Virus genome (UHGV): UHGV-0172426
Strand: one strand, 5' to 3'
DNA: 43,115 nucleotides
From: a virus
In this document: positions 1 to 8,856 of the stretch, piece by piece
Layout of the letters: the number at the start of each line of letters is the position of its first letter
Numbering within the stretch: the first letter of the stretch is position 1
Made by a program: the position numbers and the translations under genes
The notes under the pieces: generated by a model
The model's database searches: none
What the model was told of the DNA's origin: nothing
The model's input: the letters and a program-made list of their open reading frames with translations, nothing else

Positions 1-39
1 CTGCCTTGCTCTCCTGTCCTCGCCGCCTCCATCGCGCAT
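1..39 (-). CDS. 5' part of 50-aa hypothetical protein spanning the circular junction (continues at 43115..43002)
   Basis: GGGGAGG RBS then ATG at 39; 13 codons MRDGGGEDRRARQ run to base 1 and continue in frame into TFRGADALSAKVTIGY... from 43115. Confidence 0.65.
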   Translation of the reverse strand, partial: MRDGGGEDRRARQ

Positions 40-44
40 TTTGT

Positions 45-713
45 TTATCCTCCCCGATGGTGTTCGGCGACTCTGGCGGCCGCGAGCTTGCTGTACTGCT
101 CGTCTATCTCGATCCCTATGTACTGCCGGCCTTTTTTTGCAGCCGCAACCAGCGTGGAGCCGCTGCCGGCGAATGGATCGAGGATCAAAGCACCGGGAAC
201 GGTGGTTGCCTCAATGAGTTGCTCCAGTAACGCCACAGGCTTCTCGTTCGGGTGCGCGAGGCTCTGGTTTCCGACTTTGGCGCAGGCGATCAAGTCGTCC
301 GGTCGTTTTCCTGGGAGCTCGTATCGCCCCTTGGACGCGAAGATGATCGCCTCGTATCGCGGTGCAAAAGAGCCTTTCAGGTCTCCCATGCCGTGCGTTT
401 TTTTGTCCCACACGATGACCGACTTGACTGTCAGGCCGGCGAGGCGCAGCGCGTCGATAAATACCTGCTGAACGTCCCAGCGTGTAAAGCAAAGTACCCC
501 CCCACCACGTTTCAAAATTCTGGCGGCGTCATAGATCCACCAGATAAATGGAGACTTGTCGTTGGCAATTTTTGTGATCCGTCTGGCTTTTTCTTTTCGG
601 GCGCTTTGGTAGTCTATACCGTAGGGAGGATCAGTGATGACCATGTCGATGCTCTCGGTCGCCATATCACGCAACACGCTCATGCAGTCGCCGGTGATGA
701 TGGTGTCAGTCAT
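45..713 (-). CDS. DNA methyltransferase, N6-adenine/N4-cytosine, beta class (orphan)
   Basis: TDPPY catalytic motif IV N-terminal, HPNEKP, LDPFAGSGST SAM-binding motif I C-terminal. Confidence 0.93.
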   Translation of the reverse strand: MTDTIITGDCMSVLRDMATESIDMVITDPPYGIDYQSARKEKARRITKIANDKSPFIWWIYDAARILKRGGGVLCFTRWDVQQVFIDALRLAGLTVKSVIVWDKKTHGMGDLKGSFAPRYEAIIFASKGRYELPGKRPDDLIACAKVGNQSLAHPNEKPVALLEQLIEATTVPGALILDPFAGSGSTLVAAAKKGRQYIGIEIDEQYSKLAAARVAEHHRGG

Positions 714-1044
714 TTTCTTCGCCCTCCGTCACTTTCTTCGTCAAATCGCCTACACCGAGGATATAGCCAAGCGCGAGCTGCTTACCGTTATCACCTGCCG
801 CCTGCGCCGCATCCCCGATCAGCTCCAGCGCCGCCTTGCGGATCTCGTCTGCCGTGATAGTCATCTGGTTGCCCTCCTTAACCTCTCCAAACGCTAGCAG
901 ATATGCCTTTTTGACTAAATCTTCCGGCGCATCAGTCCAGTAGTATTTTTCGCAAAGTCCGTGGACTACTACCGCCGGGCAGCTAGGGCACTGGGATTCT
1001 CGGCAAAACTCCTGCATGGCTTTCCGCATCTCATCTATTGACAT
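706..1044 (-). CDS. Hypothetical protein (Cys-containing N-part; internal in-frame restart at 864)
   Basis: GGAGGA RBS before ATG 1044 (MSIDEMRK); second AAGGAGG RBS before in-frame ATG 864 (MTITADEI). Confidence 0.6.
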   Translation of the reverse strand: MSIDEMRKAMQEFCRESQCPSCPAVVVHGLCEKYYWTDAPEDLVKKAYLLAFGEVKEGNQMTITADEIRKAALELIGDAAQAAGDNGKQLALGYILGVGDLTKKVTEGEEND

Positions 1045-1232
1045 GTCCTCTTCCTCCTTTTTCTGCCCGCCGTTTTCTTCTCTGTGCAGCCCTTCCCTGC
1101 TGGGCACGGCCTCGAATGCTTCTCGTCGCATACGTAATTGCAATACCATGCGTAGATATTATGCCATCCGTATCCGTCCAGTTTGTTCAGATACACGCAG
1201 CCACGGCAATACTCGTCGCATCTACCGTCCAT
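1035..1232 (-). CDS. Small Cys-rich hypothetical protein
   Basis: AGGAGG RBS; CxxC-containing 65 aa ORF in operon context. Confidence 0.6.
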   Translation of the reverse strand: MDGRCDEYCRGCVYLNKLDGYGWHNIYAWYCNYVCDEKHSRPCPAGKGCTEKKTAGRKRRKRTCQ

Positions 1233-1244
1233 GTTGTTGTCCTC

Positions 1245-2255
1245 CTATTCGTCGTTTAGGTGATCCAGATCGGTGTACAGCAGCGTTTCCAGTTCCTCAT
1301 CGCTGTACTGCCGCTGTGTAAAATTGTGAGCACTGGTGCGTTTGCCGGGCAGCAGCGGCGGCGCGGCAGGTGCAGACACCGCAGGGGACGCAGGAGCCGC
1401 CAGTGTGCCAGCTGCGGCATCTTCTGCCAACCAGCTACGCAGCATCTCAGTGCAGTCCCGCTTTTTCCACCCCTTCTGTAGCATCCAGTTTTCCATGTGG
1501 TTGATCTTGTCGTCTACCACAACAGCCCCGTACTGTTCACAAAGCTCCTTGTATACCTCCGTCTTAACCTTTACTAGATCAAGCTGTCCAAGGGTAAGGG
1601 GTGGTGGTAAGGCTTCCGGGGTTATTCCCGGAATAACATCGGAGCCATTACTTTCCTTTCCCCTTTCCTCTTCTTTTATTTTCTTTACTTTTATTTCCTT
1701 TCCTTTACTTTGTGAGTTATTCCTGGAATTATCATCAACGTTGGAGGGTTTTTCCTGGAATAACTCCCCACGTTGCATAGTTTTTCCAGGAATAACTCCT
1801 GACGTGTCCACATTGAGCATGCACAGTGCCGTGTCCACCTCATCGAGCAGCCAGTATTCGCCTTCGACATAGATCGGTTTTCCCTTCGCCGCTGCCTTCT
1901 TCGCCCGCTCCTGTATCGCTGCTGCATATCGGCGCTGGATTGCAGCCGATGTCAGCATCCCTGTTGCCGCAAATACATCGTTGTCAAACAGTCCATACTT
2001 GAGGCATCCGGTGATGATCTCGACCACGTCCTCCGCCTTACAGCCGTTTCCAATGCGCCGCGCTGTCAGTGCTGCCATGGTTTCGTCAAATCTGCAATAG
2101 TAGCCGGACGTGCGGTAGATCACACACAGCAGCCGGAGGTATACCATCACACCCACCGCGCCGTGTTCATAATCAATGAGGGCGATGCGGTCGTCTTCAA
2201 AAAAATCCACATCCAACGGGAAGTAATCCAGCCCCATTCGTTGAGGTCTTGCCAT
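1245..2255 (-). CDS. Phage replication initiator (DUF4373 / Lin1244-like N-terminal wHTH)
   Basis: MARPQRMGLDYFPLDVDFFEDDRI N-terminus typical of this family; Lys-rich linker; internal iterons. Confidence 0.82.
   Translation of the reverse strand: MARPQRMGLDYFPLDVDFFEDDRIALIDYEHGAVGVMVYLRLLCVIYRTSGYYCRFDETMAALTARRIGNGCKAEDVVEIITGCLKYGLFDNDVFAATGMLTSAAIQRRYAAAIQERAKKAAAKGKPIYVEGEYWLLDEVDTALCMLNVDTSGVIPGKTMQRGELFQEKPSNVDDNSRNNSQSKGKEIKVKKIKEEERGKESNGSDVIPGITPEALPPPLTLGQLDLVKVKTEVYKELCEQYGAVVVDDKINHMENWMLQKGWKKRDCTEMLRSWLAEDAAAGTLAAPASPAVSAPAAPPLLPGKRTSAHNFTQRQYSDEELETLLYTDLDHLNDE
1621..1796. repeat. Putative replication origin: four 17-bp quasi-palindromic iterons plus AT-rich pyrimidine tract
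   Basis: GTTWTTCCNGGAATWAY at 1621, 1716, 1748, 1780 (last three exactly 32 bp apart); T/C-rich tract about 1651-1710. Confidence 0.8.
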
Positions 2256-2269
2256 CCTATAATCACCCC

Positions 2270-2971
2270 CTACGCATCACACACAACGGTGTCGATGCCA
2301 GTCAGATTGTGTACGACGCTCCGAAATCCATTTGCGCTGCCGTGGTTGGCAGATAAGTGACACAGCCATATACGAGTAACCCTTTCCAAGTCGGACGCTC
2401 TAAGCCAGCAGCAAAGCGTTTCTAGAGCCATGTGCGTTCGGGCTGATCTTTCTCGTACCACCTTCGGCACCTGCGACGCTGCCAGTATCTCTGCACTGTA
2501 ATTGCATTCCACTGCAATCTCTGTCAGTCCCTTGAATCTGTACTTGAGCACAGCGGTGTCCGTCGCAAAGGCCAGCAGCTCTCTGGTCACGTCGCTGTGG
2601 ATCAGATACCCGCAAGGCTCCGTGCAGTCGTGCACCGTCTTGAAGGGCTTTATCCGCAGTGTGCCGATTCGGAAGCTCTCCCCATACCTTACCGTGTGCA
2701 GCGTAGGAATGGACGGCTCTAGCAGCAGTGCCGTCGCCGTCCCATCCGTCATGTACACATCCACGCCGCGCAGAAGCAGCGCCTCTACGCATCTGCTGTG
2801 ATCCCTATGCTCATGCGTGACCAGACATCCCGCATACTCTCCGAGCTTGTGCGGCAACCTGGCCTGCATCTTCGGCAGCGGCAGACCGCATTCTAGCAGG
2901 ATGCGCGTCTGACCGTCGTCCACCGCGTACAGGTTGCCGCGGGATGAGCTTGCATAGGGATTCAGCAACAT
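2270..2971 (-). CDS. MBL-fold metallo-hydrolase (YycJ/WalJ-like exonuclease)
   Basis: ASSSRGN, THEHRDH (HxHxDH), HD, TDT, ECNY, HLS motifs. Confidence 0.88.
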   Translation of the reverse strand: MLLNPYASSSRGNLYAVDDGQTRILLECGLPLPKMQARLPHKLGEYAGCLVTHEHRDHSRCVEALLLRGVDVYMTDGTATALLLEPSIPTLHTVRYGESFRIGTLRIKPFKTVHDCTEPCGYLIHSDVTRELLAFATDTAVLKYRFKGLTEIAVECNYSAEILAASQVPKVVRERSARTHMALETLCCWLRASDLERVTRIWLCHLSANHGSANGFRSVVHNLTGIDTVVCDA

Positions 2972-2987
2972 TTGTTACCTCCTTGCC

Positions 2988-3644
2988 TTAAAACGGGCAG
3001 TCGTTGTCTTTCAGGATTTCTCCGGTTTCAGGATCGACATTCTTCGGGATTTCGGACTTTTCTTCGTCGTCCATGCTCATTTCTTCTTTGCCAACCTGCT
3101 TCTTAGCCCACGTCGGTGACTTCTCGATGCGTTCGCGGATGAATTGCGGCAGGTTAGGCAGTGCGGCGTAAGTTTCTTCTTTATCCATGTCGAAGATAAA
3201 GGTATCGCTCTCCGCCTTGGGTTCCGGCATTCCCTTTGGCAGCGCCATGATGCCGGAGATGCGGTTAAACTGCCGTCCCTCCTTGCCCTCTCTCACCTCT
3301 ACCGATACCAGGCAACCCTTCCCGATGAGCTGGGAGAGGTCGTATTCTTCGAGCTGCTTATCGGTCAAGCCGCCCGTCCATGCCTTCAGATCGCGGTACA
3401 GGTTCGACTTCTCACCAAGGGATTTGGTGTACTCCTTGCTGATCCAGCGGGGTTCGGGTCCGTTCCCGCGCTCAATGGTCTCGCCGACAAACTCAAAGGT
3501 CATCGAGACAACATCCTGGTACTTGTTAAACAGCGTGTTCAGCTGCTCTCCGAGGTCGACCAGGCCGATGCACACGGCGGTATAGGTTCCTGCAGCCAGC
3601 GGGGGAATCACGACAGGGTTAGATTTCTTTGCGATAAGTGCCAT
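2988..3644 (-). CDS. Probable single-stranded DNA-binding / replication protein (OB-fold-like, acidic tail)
   Basis: AGTYTAVCIGLVDLGEQ...SKEYTKSLGEKSNL pattern; acidic C-terminus ending DNDCPF; start MALIAKK after AAGGAG. Confidence 0.62.
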   Translation of the reverse strand: MALIAKKSNPVVIPPLAAGTYTAVCIGLVDLGEQLNTLFNKYQDVVSMTFEFVGETIERGNGPEPRWISKEYTKSLGEKSNLYRDLKAWTGGLTDKQLEEYDLSQLIGKGCLVSVEVREGKEGRQFNRISGIMALPKGMPEPKAESDTFIFDMDKEETYAALPNLPQFIRERIEKSPTWAKKQVGKEEMSMDDEEKSEIPKNVDPETGEILKDNDCPF

Positions 3645-3657
3645 TTTCTTTCTCTCC

Positions 3658-5586
3658 TTACATCTCAATTCTGAGTTCTTCGTCGTTTTCCGATACGATC
3701 AGCTTAATGATCTGGGCGTTTATGCTCAAAAAGTTCGTTATGCTCTCAGCGTTGTCAAGAAATATCGGTGCGGTCATGCCATAGAATTTTCCCAGTGCCT
3801 GTACCACATCCAGCCCTGCATTGATCTTGGCAGCGTGGTTGAGGTCAGCATAGGGTACACCGTCCACCGTGGGCACACAGGTTTCTGCTAGCCCGCCGTT
3901 GATCTGCTCATCAAAGAGCTTCCACCGCACCGCTCGGAAGAGGCCGTCAACATGTTCTTCGGTCAGCTGCACCATCGTGCGGGTGTATTCCTCACACATT
4001 GCAATGCCTTCTTCGGCGCATTCCAGTCCGGCGGCAACGGTTCTCTGATATTCCGTCAGTTCCTGCACTCGTGTTTCTGCTCGGCGGCTGTCTTCTGCCT
4101 TGCCGTAAGCGCCCCAGGTAAACGCCATCTCCTGACTGAGCAGGGCAATCTTTCCGCGAGCATCCGCTTCGGCTGCTTTGCGGTCATTTGCCATCACCTC
4201 CAGTCGGTTTTCCAGCTCCTTCGCTTCACCTCGCAGGGCGTTGATCTTCTCGACCATCGCCGGGTCGTCAGGAATATTCGGCTCCTGTGCGACCAGCATG
4301 CGATCCTTATGCAAGGCAGGCATCCACACGGTCAGCTCGTCCACGATCTTCTGTGCCTTATCCACTTCCTTCTGTTCGGCTGCGGCTTCCTCGGCAGCTT
4401 CCGCTCCATCCTTGCGCACTGCTTCCAACCGCTCTTGCTTCCGAACTTCAAATGCTTTTTTCGCAGCTTCGATGTCCTCTGCTGCGTAAGGGCGCTTGCA
4501 GGTCGGGCAGATCAGGTCGCCGCTCCACTGTTCAGCGTTGATTCGGCGGTATCTGTCGCGCAGTTCTTCGGCGTGGGCAGAATATCTCTGGGCGTTGCGG
4601 CTGTGCATAGCAGCTTCTGACTTTGCCTTTGCCAGATCAGCATTTGTGAGGCTGATTTCTTCCCTTTTCATTGCTACGGCGGCGTAGATTTCCTCCATCG
4701 CCTTTGCGCGTGCCTTCTCTTTTGCCAGTCTGGCTTCGGTTTCTGCGGCGCGAACCTCCTGATTCTTGGCGTTCAGCGCTCCCTGCAGTTCCATTTCTGC
4801 GGCGCTCTGGGTTCGGGCTAGGCTGTCCGTGAGCTTCTGCTTTTCAGCTTCAAGTCGGCTGTATTTCGCCTTCAGTTCTTCAGGATTCCCGGCGTCCTTC
4901 GTGATGCTCCGGCTGGCCTCGTCAATTCTGTCGGGCAGCGCGGCCAGCTCCCCGTTATACGCCGCTCTCTGGTGCTGGCAAATGGCCTTGTATTCCTCGA
5001 CCGTGTGGTTTGCCTTGTCTTCTCTGAGTTTGGCAAGGCCGGGATTCGCAGCAAAGATTGCATCCTCCGCCACACCGCCAGCCAGCTCAAACAGCACCTT
5101 TCGCCGCTCCTGCCAGGGGAGGACGCTACAAAAATACTCTGCACTCGTCAGCGCCTTAAAGGTCTTTTCAGGCGCGATCTCTTCGATTTTCGCCTTGTAA
5201 TCGCCTTGCTTTACAGGCAGGTCGTTGATATAGTAGCTCGTCGTGTGTCCGGTCAGCTCCGACTGTGCCTGTCCGCGGCGCTTTTCCCATTTCTCCGCGT
5301 ACACCCTCCGCAGCGAGATGGTGCTGCCGTCTTCCTCCATCAGCGTGGCGGCGACGGTGGTATCAACACCATGCTCGGCAACGTTCCCTTCTGCATCCAA
5401 AGGCTGGATCTCGAAGTCCTTGCGGTCGGTGCTGTCCTTCCCGAACAGCAGCCACAAAAATGCGTCGTAGATGGTGGTTTTCCCGGTTGCATTGTCGCCA
5501 TAGATAGCGGCATCGCGGCCTTCAAAGTCGATTTCTAGGTGTCGGATTCCTTTGAACCGGTCGATGGTCAGGGCATTCAGTTTCAT
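3658..5586 (-). CDS. Rad50/SbcC-like coiled-coil ATPase
   Basis: Walker A GDNATGKTT, long coiled coil with CPTC zinc hook, C-terminal IFLDNAES Walker B. Confidence 0.85.
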   Translation of the reverse strand: MKLNALTIDRFKGIRHLEIDFEGRDAAIYGDNATGKTTIYDAFLWLLFGKDSTDRKDFEIQPLDAEGNVAEHGVDTTVAATLMEEDGSTISLRRVYAEKWEKRRGQAQSELTGHTTSYYINDLPVKQGDYKAKIEEIAPEKTFKALTSAEYFCSVLPWQERRKVLFELAGGVAEDAIFAANPGLAKLREDKANHTVEEYKAICQHQRAAYNGELAALPDRIDEASRSITKDAGNPEELKAKYSRLEAEKQKLTDSLARTQSAAEMELQGALNAKNQEVRAAETEARLAKEKARAKAMEEIYAAVAMKREEISLTNADLAKAKSEAAMHSRNAQRYSAHAEELRDRYRRINAEQWSGDLICPTCKRPYAAEDIEAAKKAFEVRKQERLEAVRKDGAEAAEEAAAEQKEVDKAQKIVDELTVWMPALHKDRMLVAQEPNIPDDPAMVEKINALRGEAKELENRLEVMANDRKAAEADARGKIALLSQEMAFTWGAYGKAEDSRRAETRVQELTEYQRTVAAGLECAEEGIAMCEEYTRTMVQLTEEHVDGLFRAVRWKLFDEQINGGLAETCVPTVDGVPYADLNHAAKINAGLDVVQALGKFYGMTAPIFLDNAESITNFLSINAQIIKLIVSENDEELRIEM

Positions 5587-5587
5587 G

Positions 5588-5664
5588 TTGATTTTTTCTC
5601 CTTTTTATGTTATTTTTTACTTAGGCATTCAGCTCTGGGGTCGCTATTTCAGCGGCTCTTTTTT
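5588..5664 (+). ncRNA. Candidate antisense promoter + ~40-nt RNA + intrinsic terminator
   Basis: TTGATT-17-TATTTT with TG extension (5588-5616); hairpin GGGTCGCT-ATTTC-AGCGGCTC followed by a T-run. Confidence 0.4.
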
Positions 5665-5927
5665 TATTTGTCCTCACCTTTGTAAACCGCACTCATTACG
5701 TCGGCGATGTACGCAATCAGTGCACGATCTTCGATGCCGTTCTTATACGCAGTTTCGATTGTTGACTGTATCAGCGCGGAGATTGACGAATTTCTCATTC
5801 GAGTGTGGATCATACCGTTATCCATAACCACCAGGATGTAATGATCCAGCTCTGCGATTCCATCCTCATCCATCAACACCAGTTTCCCGTTTTCCAGCAT
5901 CTTTCCAAGTTTCGTGGTCGTTGTCAT
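5664..5927 (-). CDS. Hypothetical protein
   Basis: GGAGGA RBS, ATGA-type overlap with upstream gene. Confidence 0.65.
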   Translation of the reverse strand: MTTTTKLGKMLENGKLVLMDEDGIAELDHYILVVMDNGMIHTRMRNSSISALIQSTIETAYKNGIEDRALIAYIADVMSAVYKGEDK

Positions 5928-6121
5928 TTCACGATCCTCCCATACTTTTTGGCAATCTTGCGGTAACTCATGCGCTTGCGTTCCAGCGCCTCGTCGATAC
6001 GCTCCTGTCCCCAGTTGGCTGTGATGTCAACCGCCAGCCACAAAATACCGATGATCCCCACGATCATCACAAACGCGCAGATCAGTCTGCCCATCTGCAA
6101 ATACAACTCACTCAGTCCCAT
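5924..6121 (-). CDS. Small single-pass membrane protein
   Basis: Hydrophobic stretch LICAFVMIVGIIGILWLAV, basic C-terminus. Confidence 0.65.
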   Translation of the reverse strand: MGLSELYLQMGRLICAFVMIVGIIGILWLAVDITANWGQERIDEALERKRMSYRKIAKKYGRIVK

Positions 6122-6125
6122 TTTT

Positions 6126-6878
6126 TCACCCTCTCATTCCATCCATCAGCAATCTAAAAGTTTCACGGCCTTTCGGCGTAACAAGCGTCCGAATCCTGAA
6201 ATCGCTTTTTTTGTTCTCAGAGAACCACTTTACATCAAACAGACCATCGTTCATGTGCTGCGAACAAGGTTTTAGAGCTCCATATTTAGTCCGGCAGAGA
6301 TAACCATAATCAATTAAGCGTTTCACAAACGCCCTTTCCGGCACTTCAAGCAGCATTGCAGTTTCTCTAATGCCAGTATTCACACCATGATCTTTGGGCT
6401 TATCAGCACAAGCTGCCTTCATCTGTGTAAGCAGGTTCTGCGAAACAGCTGCGCAACTGATGAGTTTGAGCTTCTCAATTTCATCATTGAGCTTCTGCAT
6501 CTTGTCTGTCAGCTCGCTCACTTTGGCGTTTGCAAGACGAATATTGCGAATCATCCTAGTGTCGGGCAGATTCCATTGATCTTCAATATTGGAAATATAG
6601 AACCGAATATCACGTGCCTTCCTGGCACTATAACAACTCACACAGATACTCTTAGCCATGCCAAACGTGAGTTCATGATCGACAGTCTCATTCTTCTTAC
6701 TTTTCGAACTCGTGCTCTTTTTGGTGAGGTAATCCACGCCCTCAACATATCCGCTTCGCTTACACATATCAGCAAACCATTCATTGTACGGGGTTGCGAT
6801 TTCTAACTTCTCATGTAATTCGCGACAAGATACTGCCGGTTGCATTTCCTGATCCGGAAAAACATAAATCTCACACAT
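6126..6878 (-). CDS. Antirepressor (AntA/AntB N-terminal + KilAC/ANT C-terminal)
   Basis: VSCRELHEKLEI..YNEWF, DHELTFGMAK (AntA); IRETAMLL...TLVTPKG (KilAC). Confidence 0.82.
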   Translation of the reverse strand: MCEIYVFPDQEMQPAVSCRELHEKLEIATPYNEWFADMCKRSGYVEGVDYLTKKSTSSKSKKNETVDHELTFGMAKSICVSCYSARKARDIRFYISNIEDQWNLPDTRMIRNIRLANAKVSELTDKMQKLNDEIEKLKLISCAAVSQNLLTQMKAACADKPKDHGVNTGIRETAMLLEVPERAFVKRLIDYGYLCRTKYGALKPCSQHMNDGLFDVKWFSENKKSDFRIRTLVTPKGRETFRLLMDGMRG

Positions 6879-7656
6879 TTTCTTTCTCTCCTTTTTTCAA
6901 ATATCTGTTGATAAAATATACCTGGCCTTTGCCAGTGATCTTGGTCGTTTTGGTCACTCGGATGTGTCCGTCCGGGCTGGCAACGGTGCTTTCCTTGATT
7001 TCCATCAGCCCCATTTCCATCGAGCGCTGCGACGGCATGTTTCTGGATGTGCCGCGCGAGATCAGGTAGCCATCCTGCCGGAGCATTTCAAACAGTCGTT
7101 TCTGTCCAACTTCCACGCCGTTCTGCCGGATCAGCTTCGCGAGGTCGCCGATCAGGATGGAGTTATGCGCCGTGGACACCGCGTCGGAAAACAGCACCTT
7201 GGGTTTGTCCTGCTCAACCTTCTGTTCCAGCGTTTTCCGCTGTTCGCGCTCGGTTTTGAGTTCCTGTAGGACGCGGATCATGACGTCGGGGTCGTTGAGC
7301 ATCCGCTCGGCCATCTCCGGCGTGGCGTACATGCCATGCTTGCGGATGGTGGGGATGATCTCATCGGCAACCTTGGCCTGGAATCTTTCAGCCACATCGT
7401 TCTTGGCTTTCATGGCGAGGCGGTAAAAGACGTTTTCAGGGATATAATCATCTTTCCCCCACTTGTGGGGGAAACCCAGCTCAGTCAGATGTTGTTCAAC
7501 ACGCTCCCACCGCACGGACGCATATTGCTTTCCAGCTTTATTTTGCATTTGAGTAAAGCCAAGTCCCCAAGCAACATTCTCAAGTTTGATATACGCTGTG
7601 CCGTCTTTCTCGTAGCAGTCAATGCCCTGGATCGTAATCGGTCTAAGCTCACTCAT
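6871..7656 (-). CDS. Antirepressor (Bro-N-like + KilAC/ANT)
   Basis: YIPENVFYRLAMKA, EIIPTIRKHGMY, DKPKVLFSDAV, TTKITGKGQVYFIN. Confidence 0.9.
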   Translation of the reverse strand: MSELRPITIQGIDCYEKDGTAYIKLENVAWGLGFTQMQNKAGKQYASVRWERVEQHLTELGFPHKWGKDDYIPENVFYRLAMKAKNDVAERFQAKVADEIIPTIRKHGMYATPEMAERMLNDPDVMIRVLQELKTEREQRKTLEQKVEQDKPKVLFSDAVSTAHNSILIGDLAKLIRQNGVEVGQKRLFEMLRQDGYLISRGTSRNMPSQRSMEMGLMEIKESTVASPDGHIRVTKTTKITGKGQVYFINRYLKKGEKENV

Positions 7657-7882
7657 CTTCGCCCACCTCCCAAATTTTCTCTATGCTGTACGGGATGTAG
7701 ATTCTGCCGCACAGCTGCTCAATCACAACCAATGCCGGTTCAATCAGGGCATGTTCGATATCATTCTCTCCGCGGTGCAGGGCGTGGAGGTTCTTTGCGC
7801 TGATCGGGATCTGCACGGTTACATCCTTCTCGTCGTAGCCGCCAGGGATGCGCACGGAATAGGTCACTGCAATGCTTCTCAT
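7649..7882 (-). CDS. Hypothetical protein
   Basis: AAGGAG RBS, overlaps with both neighbours. Confidence 0.6.
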   Translation of the reverse strand: MRSIAVTYSVRIPGGYDEKDVTVQIPISAKNLHALHRGENDIEHALIEPALVVIEQLCGRIYIPYSIEKIWEVGEDE

Positions 7883-8199
7883 TTTCTCGCTCCTTTCGCT
7901 ATCTGTTCTTCAATCATTTTTTTTACGACTGTCGCCAACATCTGCTCGTTGGTCAGCGGCGGATCTTCCAACGATCCTACCCATACACCATCCGGCGGGA
8001 ATACGATGTACATCTTGCTGTTGGGGATGTGCATCTCGCCCAGGATCGCGTACATTTCACGCTGTCCCCAGGGCAGCTTCCCTTGCATCCTCGCCGAGAT
8101 GCTGTTATCGGATAGATTCGTCCAGCGTGCAAGGTCGCCGGACTGCACATGCTGGCGGCGCATCTCTTTGCGCAGCTCGGTATAAAGTCCTGATGCCAT
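7879..8199 (-). CDS. Cro-like XRE HTH protein
   Basis: LRKEMRRQHVQSGDLARWTNLSDNSISARMQGKLPW HTH pattern; AGGAGG RBS before ATG 8199. Confidence 0.72.
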   Translation of the reverse strand: MASGLYTELRKEMRRQHVQSGDLARWTNLSDNSISARMQGKLPWGQREMYAILGEMHIPNSKMYIVFPPDGVWVGSLEDPPLTNEQMLATVVKKMIEEQIAKGARK

Positions 8200-8209
8200 G
8201 TGTGCCTCC

Positions 8210-8365
8210 TTACTTTGCACTATGTTCGGTCACAGAAAGCTTGCCCAGCTCGTAGCCAGCCTGCAAAGACGTTGCTACCAACTTATCAAGCTCGGTTTCA
8301 CGGTCACTCTGCGGGAGTAACAGTTCAGCGGCTCGTAGCAGCTTTTTGATTTTGTTGTCGGTCAT
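8210..8365 (-). CDS. 51-aa first gene of the lytic operon (not in ORF track)
   Basis: GGAGGTG RBS; MTDNKIKKLLRAAELLLPQSDRETELDKLVATSLQAGYELGKLSVTEHSAK*; stop abuts next RBS. Confidence 0.7.
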   Translation of the reverse strand: MTDNKIKKLLRAAELLLPQSDRETELDKLVATSLQAGYELGKLSVTEHSAK

Positions 8366-8399
8366 CTTATCACCTCCCCCTATCTATCCCTCTGGTATT

Positions 8400-8428
8400 A
8401 GTATATATCACTCTGGTATAATTGTCAA
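8400..8428 (-). promoter_or_regulatory. Lytic (early) sigmaA promoter
   Basis: TTGACA (8428-8423) -17- TATACT (8405-8400). Confidence 0.85.
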
Positions 8429-8450
8429 CACTTTTTTATGGACGGAGGTA

Positions 8451-8479
8451 TAGACTTTGGTATAGTTTTGTGGTATAAT
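8451..8479 (+). promoter_or_regulatory. Repressor promoter
   Basis: TAGACT-17-TATAAT with TG extension; overlapped by repeated GGTATA hexamers (candidate operators, 8390-8478). Confidence 0.75.
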
Positions 8480-8505
8480 CCATATATAAGGAAGGAGGTG
8501 ATCAC

Positions 8506-8856
8506 ATGAAATCCAGAATCAGAGAAATCCGGAAGGAGCAGGGGCTTACACAGGAGGCTTTCGGAGAGCGAATCGGAATACAGCAAAATTCGGTTGCCAG
8601 AATTGAATCCGGAAACCGAATGCCATCAGAGCCGGTAATCAGGGCTATTTGCAGGGAATTCGGGGTCTCCCGCACATGGCTTGAAAACGGTATCGGTGAC
8701 AAGTACATCGGCAGCGTACAATCTGACATTGATGCAATTAACAAAATCATGGAGGGACAGAGCGAAAATAAAAAGAAGCTCATGCGTATCCTTGCGGATA
8801 TGCCGGATGAGCTTCTTGATAAGATGGTTGAGTATCTTGAGGGGAAGCGCGGTTAA
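8506..8856 (+). CDS. CI-like XRE repressor lacking an S24 autopeptidase domain
   Basis: IREIRKEQGLTQEAFGERIGIQQNSVARIESG...ICREFGVSRTWLENGIG; divergent from lytic operon. Confidence 0.9.
   Translation: MKSRIREIRKEQGLTQEAFGERIGIQQNSVARIESGNRMPSEPVIRAICREFGVSRTWLENGIGDKYIGSVQSDIDAINKIMEGQSENKKKLMRILADMPDELLDKMVEYLEGKRG

Noticed and set aside
45..713. Restriction-modification system
   Set aside because: No adjacent endonuclease-like ORF; orphan MTase in the early operon
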